Virus record (IMG/VR): IMGVR_UViG_3300044614_001780
Reading direction: 5' to 3' (one strand)
DNA: 64,000 nt
Source: a virus
Shown: positions 35,575 through 45,785 of the stretch, in pieces
Numbering within the stretch: position 1 is the stretch's first letter
Layout of the letters: every line of letters begins with the position of its first letter
Program-made: the position numbers and the translations under genes
Notes under the pieces: model-generated
The model's input: the letters and a program-made list of their open reading frames with translations, nothing else
What the model was told of the DNA's origin: nothing
The model's database searches: none

Positions 35575-37293
35575 TCAAGACACAATCTTGCTAAATCCTT
35601 TCACCTTCTCGACTTTTAAAACTCGATCAAACAAATCTATCATCTCATCGGTTTTATGTGATATTACTAAAATATTAGAATCTGTGATGACATATCTTAT
35701 AATTTTAGTAAAGTATTCAATTCCCGTACTATCCAAAGAACTATCAAAAACTTCATCAAGTATCAACAAGTTTGTTCTTATAGAATTTTTAATTCTAGCA
35801 ATTTCTCTCCAAGTAAACAGTAGTGCAAGATTAATTCTCATTTTTTCACCCTCACTGAAAGATTCATAACTAAATTCTTCATGTATTGGAGATTTAATAC
35901 TTTCAGAAAATTCTTCGTCTAGGGAAAAATTAATATAAAAGTCCATCATCTGGAGATACTTATTAATTTGTTGATTCATGATTGGGAGGTATTTTTTAAT
36001 AATTTTTGCTTTTACCCCACCATCTTTCAATAAACCTTGAACAAATTCATAGTAAGAATTAATTTCTTTATACTTTGCTCTATCTTCTTCAAGTTTAGAA
36101 AAAGAATTCTTCAATTCCTTTAACACATTTCTTTCAGTATTTTTATTTTTGTTTCGTGTGTTAAGTTTTTGAATTTCTTGCTGAAGTTCTCTTGTTTGCT
36201 TATTAAATTGAGAAATTTTAGTGTTGTTGTTAGATACTTCATTGTTTATGTTTAGAATTTTCTTAGAAAGTTCAGAAAATCGTTCTTCTCTTTTTTCTTC
36301 TTGAGAAATCGATTTTTCCAGTTCTACAAATCCAACTTCTAATTCATCTAATTTTTCTCTAAACTCTTCAATCTTATTTAATCGAAAGTTATCTTCTATC
36401 TTTTGTGTGCAAGTAGGGCATTCCGAACTATTTTCAAAAAACTCTTTTTGCTCAGAGTGTGTGCTAACTTTTTCTTGTATTTTTATTTTAAGTGATGTTA
36501 GTTGTTTTATTTTTTTAATGCATGAGGAAAGTTCCTCAATCTCTGGTTGAAGATTGGTCTCAATTAAATTTTGTTTTGTATTATTTTCTATCTCAATTTC
36601 TTTTACCTTTAATTCAAGTTCTTTTATTTTATTTTCCTTCTCTTCTATTTGATTTTCAATATCCCTTTCTATACTCTCTATAAACTTTTTTTGCATTTCA
36701 ATTTTTTCACCAGTATTTTGGTGCTTAAATGCAATTTCTTTTATTTTTTCCGAAGTTGTTTTTATTTTCTCTTTTACAATTGAATTCATTGCTGAAAATA
36801 TTTTTATATCAAGCAAGTCTTCAACAATTTCTCTTCTGTTAGCAGTTGATAATTGCATAAAGGGAACAAAAGATGCACTTCCCAATATTACAATTTGAGT
36901 AAACGATTTATAATTTAATTTTAAAACTTGTTTCTCTAACCAATCTTGCTGGTCATTATTTGATGCCAATTGATCTACAAGTTTACCATCTTTATAAATT
37001 TCAAATAATGCTGGTTTTATTCCTCTGCGAACCATCCAATTTGACTTTTGTGCTTCAAACTCAATCTCAACTAAACAATCTTTTTCATTTGTTGAGTTAA
37101 TCAACTGATTTTTTGTAATTTTTCTAAAAGCTTTATTGAAAAGAACAAAGCATAGTGCATCAAGTAGTGTAGATTTTCCACTTCCATTTGTTCCAATTAT
37201 TAGTGTTGTAGATGTTTCTTTAAAATTTATTTCTGTAAAATTATTTCCTGTCGATAAAAAATTACGGAATCTGATTTTGTCGAAGATAATCAT
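35575..37293 (-). CDS. gp46: Recombination nuclease ATPase subunit (Rad50/SbcC-like)
   Basis: GTNGSGKST, CPTC hook, FSEGE, LDEVFD. Confidence 0.96.
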   Translation of the reverse strand: MIIFDKIRFRNFLSTGNNFTEINFKETSTTLIIGTNGSGKSTLLDALCFVLFNKAFRKITKNQLINSTNEKDCLVEIEFEAQKSNWMVRRGIKPALFEIYKDGKLVDQLASNNDQQDWLEKQVLKLNYKSFTQIVILGSASFVPFMQLSTANRREIVEDLLDIKIFSAMNSIVKEKIKTTSEKIKEIAFKHQNTGEKIEMQKKFIESIERDIENQIEEKENKIKELELKVKEIEIENNTKQNLIETNLQPEIEELSSCIKKIKQLTSLKIKIQEKVSTHSEQKEFFENSSECPTCTQKIEDNFRLNKIEEFREKLDELEVGFVELEKSISQEEKREERFSELSKKILNINNEVSNNNTKISQFNKQTRELQQEIQKLNTRNKNKNTERNVLKELKNSFSKLEEDRAKYKEINSYYEFVQGLLKDGGVKAKIIKKYLPIMNQQINKYLQMMDFYINFSLDEEFSESIKSPIHEEFSYESFSEGEKMRINLALLFTWREIARIKNSIRTNLLILDEVFDSSLDSTGIEYFTKIIRYVITDSNILVISHKTDEMIDLFDRVLKVEKVKGFSKIVS

Positions 37294-37549
37294 TTGTTCT
37301 GGGAGGAATTACAAAGTCATTATTGGTAATTATAACATAATTATAATCATGCAGTTCACAAGTTCTAACTGCTAGATCACCATCAACCTCTACTACAGAC
37401 ATTGGTGGATAATCTTCTGCTTCTAAAAGTCCAGCATATCTCTCTGCGTCATCTTCTTCTTCAAAAAAGTATACTACTTGTTCTCCAGATTCATCAAGGA
37501 CAGCATATGCTCCTTCATCTTCTTGCCCCTCTATTGTTAATATGTACAT
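37262..37549 (-). CDS. Conserved acidic hypothetical protein
   Basis: FEEEDDAERYAGLLEA...VIPP; located between gp47 and gp46. Confidence 0.7.
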   Translation of the reverse strand: MYILTIEGQEDEGAYAVLDESGEQVVYFFEEEDDAERYAGLLEAEDYPPMSVVEVDGDLAVRTCELHDYNYVIITNNDFVIPPRTNDYLRQNQIP

Positions 37550-37586
37550 CTCATGGCAATGATGGTTTTTATGTATTTATTAATTA

Positions 37587-38630
37587 TTATTCCACTTCCA
37601 ATGCCTCCATATAAACATCTTTAATAATTCTTTTTGCCAAATTTTTATCTAAATTAAACTCCGAATCCTCAATATAACTTGTCAAAATAGACATAGTATC
37701 CTCTACATCCAACTCTGAGCACTGATAATTTGAATCATCAATATCTAAAATTTCAGATACCTTTAATTCAATAAATGAAACTTTTGACAATTCATCTAAA
37801 AACAAATCGAACTTTTTCTGGTTTGTTTTTTTCCTAACAATTAATTTAATAATTTTATCTTTTAGAAGATTTTTATCAATTGAATTAATGTTTGTATCTT
37901 CATAGTATATTTTTTCAAAAATAGTATGAGGATTTTCTATAAAGTTTAAATCGAGAGTTTCCGTATCAAAGATATTAAATCCCCTTTTATCATTATAGTC
38001 ATTCCAAAACATCTGATAAGGATTTCCTATATAAAATATTTTTCCATCATCACTTTTAGTGTGATAATGTCCAGAAAACACCTTATCAAATTTGTTAAAT
38101 ATTTTTTTATCCATCCCATGTGGTTGTAGTTGTCCAGGAAAAACAGAGAACCCACACAACTCCAAGTGTCCAAATACAACTTTAGATTCTGTTGTTTCTA
38201 ATAAATTAAAGATACTTTCTTGATTTTCTGGACAAATCCAAGGAAGTAATAACATATCCAACCCATCAATAGTTATTTCTTTTGGACTGGATATTTTTAT
38301 AACATTACTATAACTATCCAATAAAATGTCAATAGAGTTTACTTGGTTTGTATTTTTATAGTAAGTATCATGATTTCCCACTATACTATAAACACTTATT
38401 CCCAATTTTAAAAAATTATCATATACGTTTTCTTTTGCCCATTTAAGTGCCCAATAATCTACCCCTTTACGATTATCAAAGGCATCACCTAAATGGATTA
38501 CGGTTTTTATATTATTTTCTTTTAAGTAAGGAAAGAAAATTTCTTTATAAAATTTTGCAAAATAATCATGAAAATTTTTATTTGCTTTTTTGAAGTTATA
38601 ATGAGTATCAGTAATTAAAGCAATCTTCAT
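37587..38630 (-). CDS. gp47: Recombination nuclease subunit (Mre11/SbcD-like)
   Basis: TDTH, LGDAFD, GNHD, SGHYH. Confidence 0.95.
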   Translation of the reverse strand: MKIALITDTHYNFKKANKNFHDYFAKFYKEIFFPYLKENNIKTVIHLGDAFDNRKGVDYWALKWAKENVYDNFLKLGISVYSIVGNHDTYYKNTNQVNSIDILLDSYSNVIKISSPKEITIDGLDMLLLPWICPENQESIFNLLETTESKVVFGHLELCGFSVFPGQLQPHGMDKKIFNKFDKVFSGHYHTKSDDGKIFYIGNPYQMFWNDYNDKRGFNIFDTETLDLNFIENPHTIFEKIYYEDTNINSIDKNLLKDKIIKLIVRKKTNQKKFDLFLDELSKVSFIELKVSEILDIDDSNYQCSELDVEDTMSILTSYIEDSEFNLDKNLAKRIIKDVYMEALEVE

Positions 38631-39097
38631 TGATATAGTTTAATTTGAATATTGTCCTTAATGCTATTGTACTCCGAACTATTGGTTCTGTCACCATCAA
38701 CTGAAAAAACTTGGTCATAACCGCTTCTTTCAATGATTTTTTCCTTGATCTCCATTTGCTTCTTTTCTTTATGAATTCTTCTCAGAAATGCATAGTAAAC
38801 AATCTGAGTAAAATATGCAAATGGATTTGTTCTCTCAACATCAAAATTGTTTATATAATGAACACAGTTTTCAACTCCATCACTTATCATATCTTCTCTA
38901 AACATATAGTTTACAAAATTAGGACGATATGATAAGTGATTTGCAATTTTCAAAAAACAATCCCCAAGATAATTTGAAATCCTTGGTGGTGGTAAACCTT
39001 TTTTCTTTGCAACGTCAACTTTCTTTTTATGCTCAATAAGAGCAAGGTGAAATTCTTTGTTATTGACGTAATGGGGATTTTTTCTTTCCTTACTCAT
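38627..39097 (-). CDS. gp55: Late-transcription sigma factor
   Basis: HYVNNKEF, NFVNYMFREDMISDG, NPFAYFTQI. Confidence 0.95.
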   Translation of the reverse strand: MSKERKNPHYVNNKEFHLALIEHKKKVDVAKKKGLPPPRISNYLGDCFLKIANHLSYRPNFVNYMFREDMISDGVENCVHYINNFDVERTNPFAYFTQIVYYAFLRRIHKEKKQMEIKEKIIERSGYDQVFSVDGDRTNSSEYNSIKDNIQIKLYQ

Positions 39098-39130
39098 TAT
39101 TGATTAGTTTAATTTTTGTTTATGGTTTAA

Positions 39131-39202
39131 ATTATAACACTAATACTAGAGAGTTGACAAGGGTTATGCTTTCTGTGTAAAATAACTCTGTGGAGGTTCA
39201 AG
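39131..39202. promoter_or_regulatory. Divergent sigma70-type promoter pair sharing one -35 region
   Basis: Minus: TTGTCA-N18-TATAAT toward gp55; plus: TTGACA(39154)-N18-TAAAAT(39178) followed by ACTCTGTGGAGGTTCAAG. Confidence 0.6.
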
Positions 39203-39214
39203 ACTATAATAGAA

Positions 39215-39607
39215 CTAATTTTCTAGTTTATATAATTTCTCTAGGTAAATCCTTGCATCTGCAATTGAGGATAGATATCCCATGTTTGCTGTTGGTTTAT
39301 TTACTTTAGATTCTTTATTTTTATTTCTAATATACTTACTATACATTTTAAGCATATCCTCATCTGTTACTTCAGACATTGTTAATACTTTGTCCATATT
39401 AATAATAAACATTGAATCATCAGTAAATTTAATCCATGGATTTACCTTTACTCCAGTTAATCCAAATTGCTTTAAATTAATAGTTTCAATTGTAACTGGA
39501 TTATCCAAAATTAACAGTGTACGTTCATCTTCCTCACAAGGACAAACCTTTGAGAATATTTCTTCTCCAGATATTAATTTAATTACTGCATAAAATTCTT
39601 CTTCCAT
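39215..39607 (-). CDS. Conserved hypothetical protein (Sm-like pattern)
   Basis: KLISGEEIFSKV...NPW...DKVLTMSE. Confidence 0.7.
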   Translation of the reverse strand: MEEEFYAVIKLISGEEIFSKVCPCEEDERTLLILDNPVTIETINLKQFGLTGVKVNPWIKFTDDSMFIINMDKVLTMSEVTDEDMLKMYSKYIRNKNKESKVNKPTANMGYLSSIADARIYLEKLYKLEN

Positions 39608-39615
39608 AGTTAAAA

Positions 39616-41079
39616 TTATTCTTTAAAATTAATTTGTAATACTTCATAATTAAAATTCTCTTCGTTGTAAATTTTAATTCTCTCAATCAAATGATTTAAC
39701 GTATAATTTTTTTTAGACCTATACGTAATATCATCTGCAATGTCATAAAGAATTGCTTTTGATTTATTATCTCCTTTCCTTAATACTCTTCCAATGGATT
39801 GGAGATTTCTGATTCTTGATTTTGATGGTGAAGCAAAAATAACATTGTGTAAATTTTTAATATTTACTCCTGTTGAAAATGTTCCGTAAGAGGCAACGAT
39901 AATTGCATTATTTTCTTTTTCTGTAATCTCTCTTACTTTTTCTCGTTCTTCTGCATCAACTCCACCATAAACAAAGAATATTTTTCTATCTTTTGAAGCA
40001 GAATTATTTATCAGGTTGTAAATTGGTACTCCATGAGTTTCTACTCGATTAAAAAGCACAAGAGTATTGCCTTTTAAATCTAGTGCTAAATTTTTTATAA
40101 ATTTATTTCTTTTCTCATGTCCAATTATATACTGAATTTCTTCTTCGTATTCATTAAATTGATGCTCACTATGTTTTAATAGAAGAACTTTTATTTGTAG
40201 TTTAGATAGATGTCCTTTTTCTATTAGTTCTTTAGTTTGAGTTACCTTATATGATGGACCAAAAAGACCTTCCAAAACCCATTTATGCGTCTGTGAACCA
40301 TCCAATGTTCCAGTAAATCCAAATCTATATTTTGTATTATCCAACTTACCCATAATACCAATTAATGATTTAGATTTAAATTGATGTGCCTCGTCACCAA
40401 TTACAACATCAAAATGTTCATAGAATGTTCTTGGTAGTTTATAAATTGATTGCCATGTAGTAATCACTACTGGGTGTTCGTTTGTCTTTTCACGACCACT
40501 ATAGATACGATGGCAGAAGTCCTCAGCATTCCATCCATAGTCTTGAAAGTCTTTGAACATTTGTTCGACCAAGGAGGTTGTGGGGACCACTAGAAGAATC
40601 TTTTGATCTCTTTCTGCAAAATATCTAACAATCGAGTAAATCATCAAAGACTTTCCCGATGCAGTTGGTGAAATTAAAAGTTTACGATTGTATCTAAGTG
40701 CATCATAAACAGCATCAATTTGATAATCCCTAGGTTTGTGTTTAGAGATTCGAGTCATATAATCTTTAATCCCTTCATGGGAGACATGTTCATTTTCTTC
40801 AAATGGAGTCCCATAAAATTTATTATTTTCAAATTCAATTGAATAATTTGATTTCTTTGCCCAAGAAATTACCTTATCCAAAAGACCTACATAAATTTCT
40901 CCAGTAGCAATTGAAAATAAACGAATTTTTCCATCCCAATATTTACTTCTATATTGAGGCATGAACTTTGCCCCTGGAACATCAAAAGTAAAATAATCAC
41001 TAAGTTCATGCTGAATATGGGGATCAGCAGTAACAGTTAAGTATACTTCATTCTTTTTTCGTATTTTAATATCAGTCAT
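39616..41079 (-). CDS. uvsW: DNA helicase UvsW
   Basis: PRDYQ, SPTASGKS, GDEAH, TGT, QSIGR. Confidence 0.95.
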   Translation of the reverse strand: MTDIKIRKKNEVYLTVTADPHIQHELSDYFTFDVPGAKFMPQYRSKYWDGKIRLFSIATGEIYVGLLDKVISWAKKSNYSIEFENNKFYGTPFEENEHVSHEGIKDYMTRISKHKPRDYQIDAVYDALRYNRKLLISPTASGKSLMIYSIVRYFAERDQKILLVVPTTSLVEQMFKDFQDYGWNAEDFCHRIYSGREKTNEHPVVITTWQSIYKLPRTFYEHFDVVIGDEAHQFKSKSLIGIMGKLDNTKYRFGFTGTLDGSQTHKWVLEGLFGPSYKVTQTKELIEKGHLSKLQIKVLLLKHSEHQFNEYEEEIQYIIGHEKRNKFIKNLALDLKGNTLVLFNRVETHGVPIYNLINNSASKDRKIFFVYGGVDAEEREKVREITEKENNAIIVASYGTFSTGVNIKNLHNVIFASPSKSRIRNLQSIGRVLRKGDNKSKAILYDIADDITYRSKKNYTLNHLIERIKIYNEENFNYEVLQINFKE

Positions 41080-41500
41080 ATCCAGCAGTAAATCTCATGA
41101 ATTCAATTGCATTTTTTATTTGGTAAGTTCTATTTAAAATTGTCTTTAAAATACTATCCAAATAATTTAACATAGTCTGAAAATATTCAATTTTTGATGA
41201 AGTCTTCATAATTTCTTCATCAGCATCCATATACTTATCTATATCTGGTTTCAATACCTTGTGGTCAAATGGTTTTTCCTTGTATACTTCTGGGTCTGCT
41301 TTTCCAGAGTAATACATCCATTTTTCTTTTCTTAAAATTTTAAATTTATTCTCCTCTATTTTTTTAAGAAGAAGAATATTGTTATATATTTTATAATATT
41401 TTGCATGTAATGATGGAATTTTTATAGATTCTGAATGTAGATTGTCTGGATCTAATTTTGAATCTTGTTCCCATAACGATTGAATTTCATCAATATTCAT
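41072..41500 (-). CDS. uvsY: Recombination mediator UvsY
   Basis: LHAKY, YYSGKA, IKNAIEF; synteny. Confidence 0.9.
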   Translation of the reverse strand: MNIDEIQSLWEQDSKLDPDNLHSESIKIPSLHAKYYKIYNNILLLKKIEENKFKILRKEKWMYYSGKADPEVYKEKPFDHKVLKPDIDKYMDADEEIMKTSSKIEYFQTMLNYLDSILKTILNRTYQIKNAIEFMRFTAGYD

Positions 41501-42060
41501 AGTTCAATTTTTGTAATATTATATATTGTATATTTGAATGTTACTTGTGCTGTAATGTAATTGGAATTTGAATCCTTTGCGTCAAATCCAATTGTTGAAA
41601 GAGATACTGGAAAAAGTCCTTCAAATTTTACCGATGCAACTGGTCTAAAATTGCTATTATATACAACCAATGTTCCATCGGACTGTCCAGAAAATGCAGT
41701 TTGTTTTCCTGGATTTAAGGAATCTTCGTTTAAAAGTCTTTGATACTCCTCAAATGATTCTGGGTATCCAAATCCCCTTAACCAATTGTGGACAAGTAAA
41801 TAATTCTCCATGTTCTCATCAACAATGAAATCCAAGGAGAAATCATCGTAGGTTAATTTATCTCCAGGAATTGGAATATCCTTTAAATAAGTTGATTGTT
41901 GAGCAACACCCAAATTTATTGATGGAATGAGTGCAGTATTTGAGAAGAAATCGACTTTCGGACTTTTTGCTAATGTAAATTTAAATCCAGTAGTAGTTAG
42001 AAAATTTCTATTACTTAACTGCCTTTGTAATGGTAATAAAGTCTCCACTTTTAATCTCAA
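41497..42060 (-). CDS. gp3: Tail tube terminator / tail completion protein
   Basis: NRNFL..GFKF, PGDKL.Y, FIVDENMENY..NWL. Confidence 0.85.
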   Translation of the reverse strand: MRLKVETLLPLQRQLSNRNFLTTTGFKFTLAKSPKVDFFSNTALIPSINLGVAQQSTYLKDIPIPGDKLTYDDFSLDFIVDENMENYLLVHNWLRGFGYPESFEEYQRLLNEDSLNPGKQTAFSGQSDGTLVVYNSNFRPVASVKFEGLFPVSLSTIGFDAKDSNSNYITAQVTFKYTIYNITKIEL

Positions 42061-42086
42061 AATTATCTTTAATTATTTATTTGCAT

Positions 42087-42113
42087 AAAAAAAGAGGGTC
42101 CGAAGACCCCCTT
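42087..42113 (-). terminator. Intrinsic terminator after gp23
   Basis: AGGGGGTC-TTCG-GACCCTCT-TTTTT. Confidence 0.85.
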
Positions 42114-42131
42114 AATTTCCTTAGTGATGAA

Positions 42132-43514
42132 TCACATTAGGTTGTCAACACGTACTCTTCTGTAGTAACGGTTGCTGTTTGCTTCAAGACGGCCAAGACC
42201 AGCACTAGTGCCTTCCGCAAATGGGTTAGCAACAATGCCATAACGAGTCTTGAATCCGATTTTTGGCTGGAAGCTGTTCTCACCAACTGCACGTACCATC
42301 TGGAGAGGTACATATGGGCAGTAGAAGAGACCTGCATCATAAGGTGAAGAACCCTTATAACCAACAACGTAGTACTGGTTAGCACTGTTGTTTGCTGCAT
42401 ATGGGTCGATGTAAACCTTGTAACGACCATTGAGAACACCTGCGAAGGTGTTACCAGTGTCATCAACGTTGAGGTTTGCATTGAGTGCAGGGGTGTAGTC
42501 AAGAAGTCCTGCGTGGGTGAGTGCTGAAGCAACATCTGCAGAGCAGAGAATCATGTTGCCCTTTCCTCTACGAGTTCTTTGTGCAATCTGGTTTGCATCA
42601 CGCTCGATTTGGAAGATAAGACCCTTGAACTTCTCAACTGACCAACGACCGTTGGAGTCAACGTCGAGGTCGAATACACCTGAAGTTGCGGTATTGAGGG
42701 TTGCACCCTGCTCAGCAATCTTGTAGATGGTTCTGATAACTTCACGGTTGATCTCAGCAAGAATCTCGGTTGAGAGAATATTTGCTAATTCAGCCTCAGC
42801 ATTTAGACCATGGATTGCCTTGAGGTCTTGTGCAAGCTCTAGTGAGTATTCAGCCTTGAGTGCTCTGGACTTTGCAGTAACGGTGACTTTCTCGATTGAG
42901 AATGCCATCTCGTTGAATGCAGCAGATCCGCTACCATCAAGTGCTTCTGACTCAGCAGTGCTCATACCCTGACCTACATTGTAGGTTCCACCACCTGGGG
43001 TGAGAAGACCTGGGTTTGAACCTGACTGTGCGGTAGTACCAAAACCAGCAGCAACACCAGTTGCACCAGCGGTATTTCCATAACCAGCATTCTGACCAGA
43101 GAATGCGGTATCTGCTTCGTTGAATAGTGCTTCTGTTCCGTTCTGGTTTGTATACTTCGAACGCATTGCGAAGATAAGACCAGTTGGAGCATTCATTGGT
43201 TGAACGCCTGCGAGGTCATATGCGACCAAGTTAGGCATTGAACGACGAATGAGTGAGATTAGAACTGGGTCAAAACCTGCAACAGGTGCAGATGCTGAAC
43301 CACTAAAACCTGCAGCACCAGTTCCTGATGGGTTAGTGTTTACAGTTGGGGTCTCATAGAGAAAGTCACGCTCTTCACGGAGTGCTCTCTCTTGGTTTTC
43401 TAGCAGGATAGCAGTAACTGCTCTACGGTGGGAATCTTTAATTTCACCTAGACCATTATAGTCTAGGAGTGGTGCCCACTTCTCCTGCAATTGTTCTGCG
43501 TTGAACATTTGCAT
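42132..43514 (-). CDS. gp23: Major capsid protein
   Basis: KWAPLL, LIRRSMP, GVQPM..PTGLIFAMR, SRALKAEYS.ELAQDLKAIHG, FKTRYG. Confidence 0.98.
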   Translation of the reverse strand: MQMFNAEQLQEKWAPLLDYNGLGEIKDSHRRAVTAILLENQERALREERDFLYETPTVNTNPSGTGAAGFSGSASAPVAGFDPVLISLIRRSMPNLVAYDLAGVQPMNAPTGLIFAMRSKYTNQNGTEALFNEADTAFSGQNAGYGNTAGATGVAAGFGTTAQSGSNPGLLTPGGGTYNVGQGMSTAESEALDGSGSAAFNEMAFSIEKVTVTAKSRALKAEYSLELAQDLKAIHGLNAEAELANILSTEILAEINREVIRTIYKIAEQGATLNTATSGVFDLDVDSNGRWSVEKFKGLIFQIERDANQIAQRTRRGKGNMILCSADVASALTHAGLLDYTPALNANLNVDDTGNTFAGVLNGRYKVYIDPYAANNSANQYYVVGYKGSSPYDAGLFYCPYVPLQMVRAVGENSFQPKIGFKTRYGIVANPFAEGTSAGLGRLEANSNRYYRRVRVDNLM

Positions 43515-43567
43515 TTTAATTTACCTCTTTATGGAAATTGTAAGTTTGATTTCTTATGATATAAAAA

Positions 43568-44776
43568 TCACTTTTTGGAAACTCTCTCAAGTGCTTGAAG
43601 ATATACACCCATTGTTCCAGTTATTGGTTGGGTGTAATCAGTCTCTTCAGCCATGTAATCTTGGGTGTCTCTCTGAGTAACTACATTCGATGGGAAATAT
43701 GATTCCCTCAAAGTTACTAGTTTCTCACGATAGTCTTCTTCACTACCAAACTCAACATTTTCTGCAAGAGAAGCAAGCTTGTCTTTCTGCGAAAGTGCAA
43801 GTCCTTCAGAAACTTCCGCAAAAATTACGTCAGTTACTGATTCTGCTAGTCTCTTATTTAGAGCAACATTTCTTTCGATCTGCTCGTTGAGTTTTGACTC
43901 CATTTCATCAAGTTTTTCTACCATGCTCTCAAGCACATCATATTTATCTTCAGGGATTGATACATAATGTTCTTCAAAAAGTCCTTTCAGACCCATGAGG
44001 AATGACTCAGTTGCCTGAGATTGAATTCCTCTTTCAACTGCGAGTGCATTCTCTTGAATCCACTCATCAGCAACATACTCTAAATATGCATCGAGTCTTT
44101 CGGTCAATGCTTCTTCAATTGCTGCAACTTCTTCTGTTAGTTGCTCTTCATAATGAGTAAGAATTGCCTCTTCAATTTGCTGTGTTCTAGCATTTAAAGC
44201 AGCTTCAAAGATTGTTTTTGCTTTATCTCTAAACTCTTCGGAAAGATCTTCACCAGATAGAAGGGCAGTTACATCTTCTTCAATTTCATTTTCAATAGCA
44301 ATAAATGCTTCTTTCATTTTTTTCTTTTTATCATCTTCCTCATCTTCTTCGTCTTCTTCTTCACCCTCTTCGTCTTCGTCTTCTTCTTCTTCGTCCTCTT
44401 TTTCCTCTTTAGCAGCCTCTTCTAGTTCTTCTTCACCCTCTTCGAGTTCATACTCGTCCTCTACGAGTTCTTCATCTTCATCTTCAGATGCTTCTTTCAT
44501 TGCTTTCATAGCATCTGCTGCCTTAGCACCCTTGTTTACAACATCCTTAACTTGAGCAAGGGTTGCTCCAGGAGTTTTTAATTTAGCAGAGTCATCGGTT
44601 GACTTATAGTTTTCTGGAGTAGGACCACCAAGGTCTTCCCAACTACCAGTCTGACCAGCAACTGCTCCTGGTGCAAGTTTATGCATTGGTTCTGCTGCTG
44701 CAGCATTAGCATTTACAGCAGTCTTAGATTGTTTAGTGCCTGTTTCCATTTCTTGTAAGTTTCTACCACGGGACAT
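43568..44776 (-). CDS. gp22: Prohead core scaffold protein
   Basis: Acidic coiled coil, KAKTIFEAA, YLEYVADEW; between gp21 and gp23. Confidence 0.92.
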   Translation of the reverse strand: MSRGRNLQEMETGTKQSKTAVNANAAAAEPMHKLAPGAVAGQTGSWEDLGGPTPENYKSTDDSAKLKTPGATLAQVKDVVNKGAKAADAMKAMKEASEDEDEELVEDEYELEEGEEELEEAAKEEKEDEEEEDEDEEGEEEDEEDEEDDKKKKMKEAFIAIENEIEEDVTALLSGEDLSEEFRDKAKTIFEAALNARTQQIEEAILTHYEEQLTEEVAAIEEALTERLDAYLEYVADEWIQENALAVERGIQSQATESFLMGLKGLFEEHYVSIPEDKYDVLESMVEKLDEMESKLNEQIERNVALNKRLAESVTDVIFAEVSEGLALSQKDKLASLAENVEFGSEEDYREKLVTLRESYFPSNVVTQRDTQDYMAEETDYTQPITGTMGVYLQALERVSKK

Positions 44777-44825
44777 TTGAACTCTCCGATTTAATATATA
44801 TCGAAAATCTATATTTATTTATAAA

Positions 44826-45476
44826 TTAAAGATTTGATAAAAAGTCTTGGAACAGATTTAACTTCTGCTCATCAAGTTCTTTTTGGTCAACTAATGTATT
44901 TATTCTCTTATAAGTCTTCTGTGCTAGTTGCTCTCTGAGGATTCCTCCATCCCACACCCACTCCTTTCCTTCCATAATTCCAGAAACAAATGCATCGGGT
45001 GCAGATGGATCAGCAACAATATCAGCAGCAGTTGCAAGCATAAAGTCTTCACCAACAACTGAATAACCTTCATTAGTTGGCATCAATGAACCAACACCAC
45101 GAGAAGAAACACCAAGCATTACTCCTTCACCTAAAAGTGAAGAGGCAATTTTACCCATTGGAGTTTCAAGAATTTTTGCTTTTCCAATAAAATTGCTTCC
45201 ATCTCTATAAAGTTCACAAATTTTATGGGAAACTCTATCAAGGTTTACGGTAGGACCATCAGGATGTCCGAGTTCACCAAGAGCACGACCCTTCTGAATG
45301 AAGTTTTCGTTGTATCTCTTAACTTCTCTCTCAAGAGTTCTCATTTCATAGAGTCTCTTGTTTCTGTTTGGTTTATCTGCTTGCAGGAAAATACCTTCAA
45401 TAAAAAGGGATTTTTTACCGTTCTTTTCTTCGGTAATAACTTTTACCTTTTCGATTTCTTCTGTGATTAGTTTCAT
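44826..45476 (-). CDS. gp21: Prohead protease
   Basis: MKLITE, IEGIFLQ, GELGHP, GVSSRG.GSL, DIVADPSAP. Confidence 0.96.
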   Translation of the reverse strand: MKLITEEIEKVKVITEEKNGKKSLFIEGIFLQADKPNRNKRLYEMRTLEREVKRYNENFIQKGRALGELGHPDGPTVNLDRVSHKICELYRDGSNFIGKAKILETPMGKIASSLLGEGVMLGVSSRGVGSLMPTNEGYSVVGEDFMLATAADIVADPSAPDAFVSGIMEGKEWVWDGGILREQLAQKTYKRINTLVDQKELDEQKLNLFQDFLSNL

Positions 45477-45481
45477 TGTTC

Positions 45482-45751
45482 TTAGTTGGTAAATCCTACT
45501 TTTGCTACTTTTACTGTATTTGCTGATGCAAAAATCACATCGGTTGGGAGTTTTTGTAAGAATTCAACTGTACCAGTTGGCATAGTAAATGATAATGTTG
45601 TTGCTGCACCAACGGAAGTTGAAATACTTACAGTTGCTGCTGCTCCAGAACCGTTATATAACCTCACACAAGTTGCCTCACTAATGCTAGATGCTGTGCC
45701 AGCAGTCGTTGGCATTGCAATCTCAGTAGTAATTATTTTTGTTCGTTGCAT
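45482..45751 (-). CDS. Small hypothetical (possibly structural) protein
   Basis: ATCVRLYN...VEFLQK...KVGFTN; ATAAATA upstream. Confidence 0.65.
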   Translation of the reverse strand: MQRTKIITTEIAMPTTAGTASSISEATCVRLYNGSGAAATVSISTSVGAATTLSFTMPTGTVEFLQKLPTDVIFASANTVKVAKVGFTN

Positions 45752-45785
45752 TGGTATAATAAAGACTTTATTAGTTATTTATTAA

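Noticed and set aside
44320-44490. GAA/GAC-rich repeat tract
   Set aside because: Encodes the poly-acidic region of scaffold gp22; not a DNA repeat element or CRISPR array
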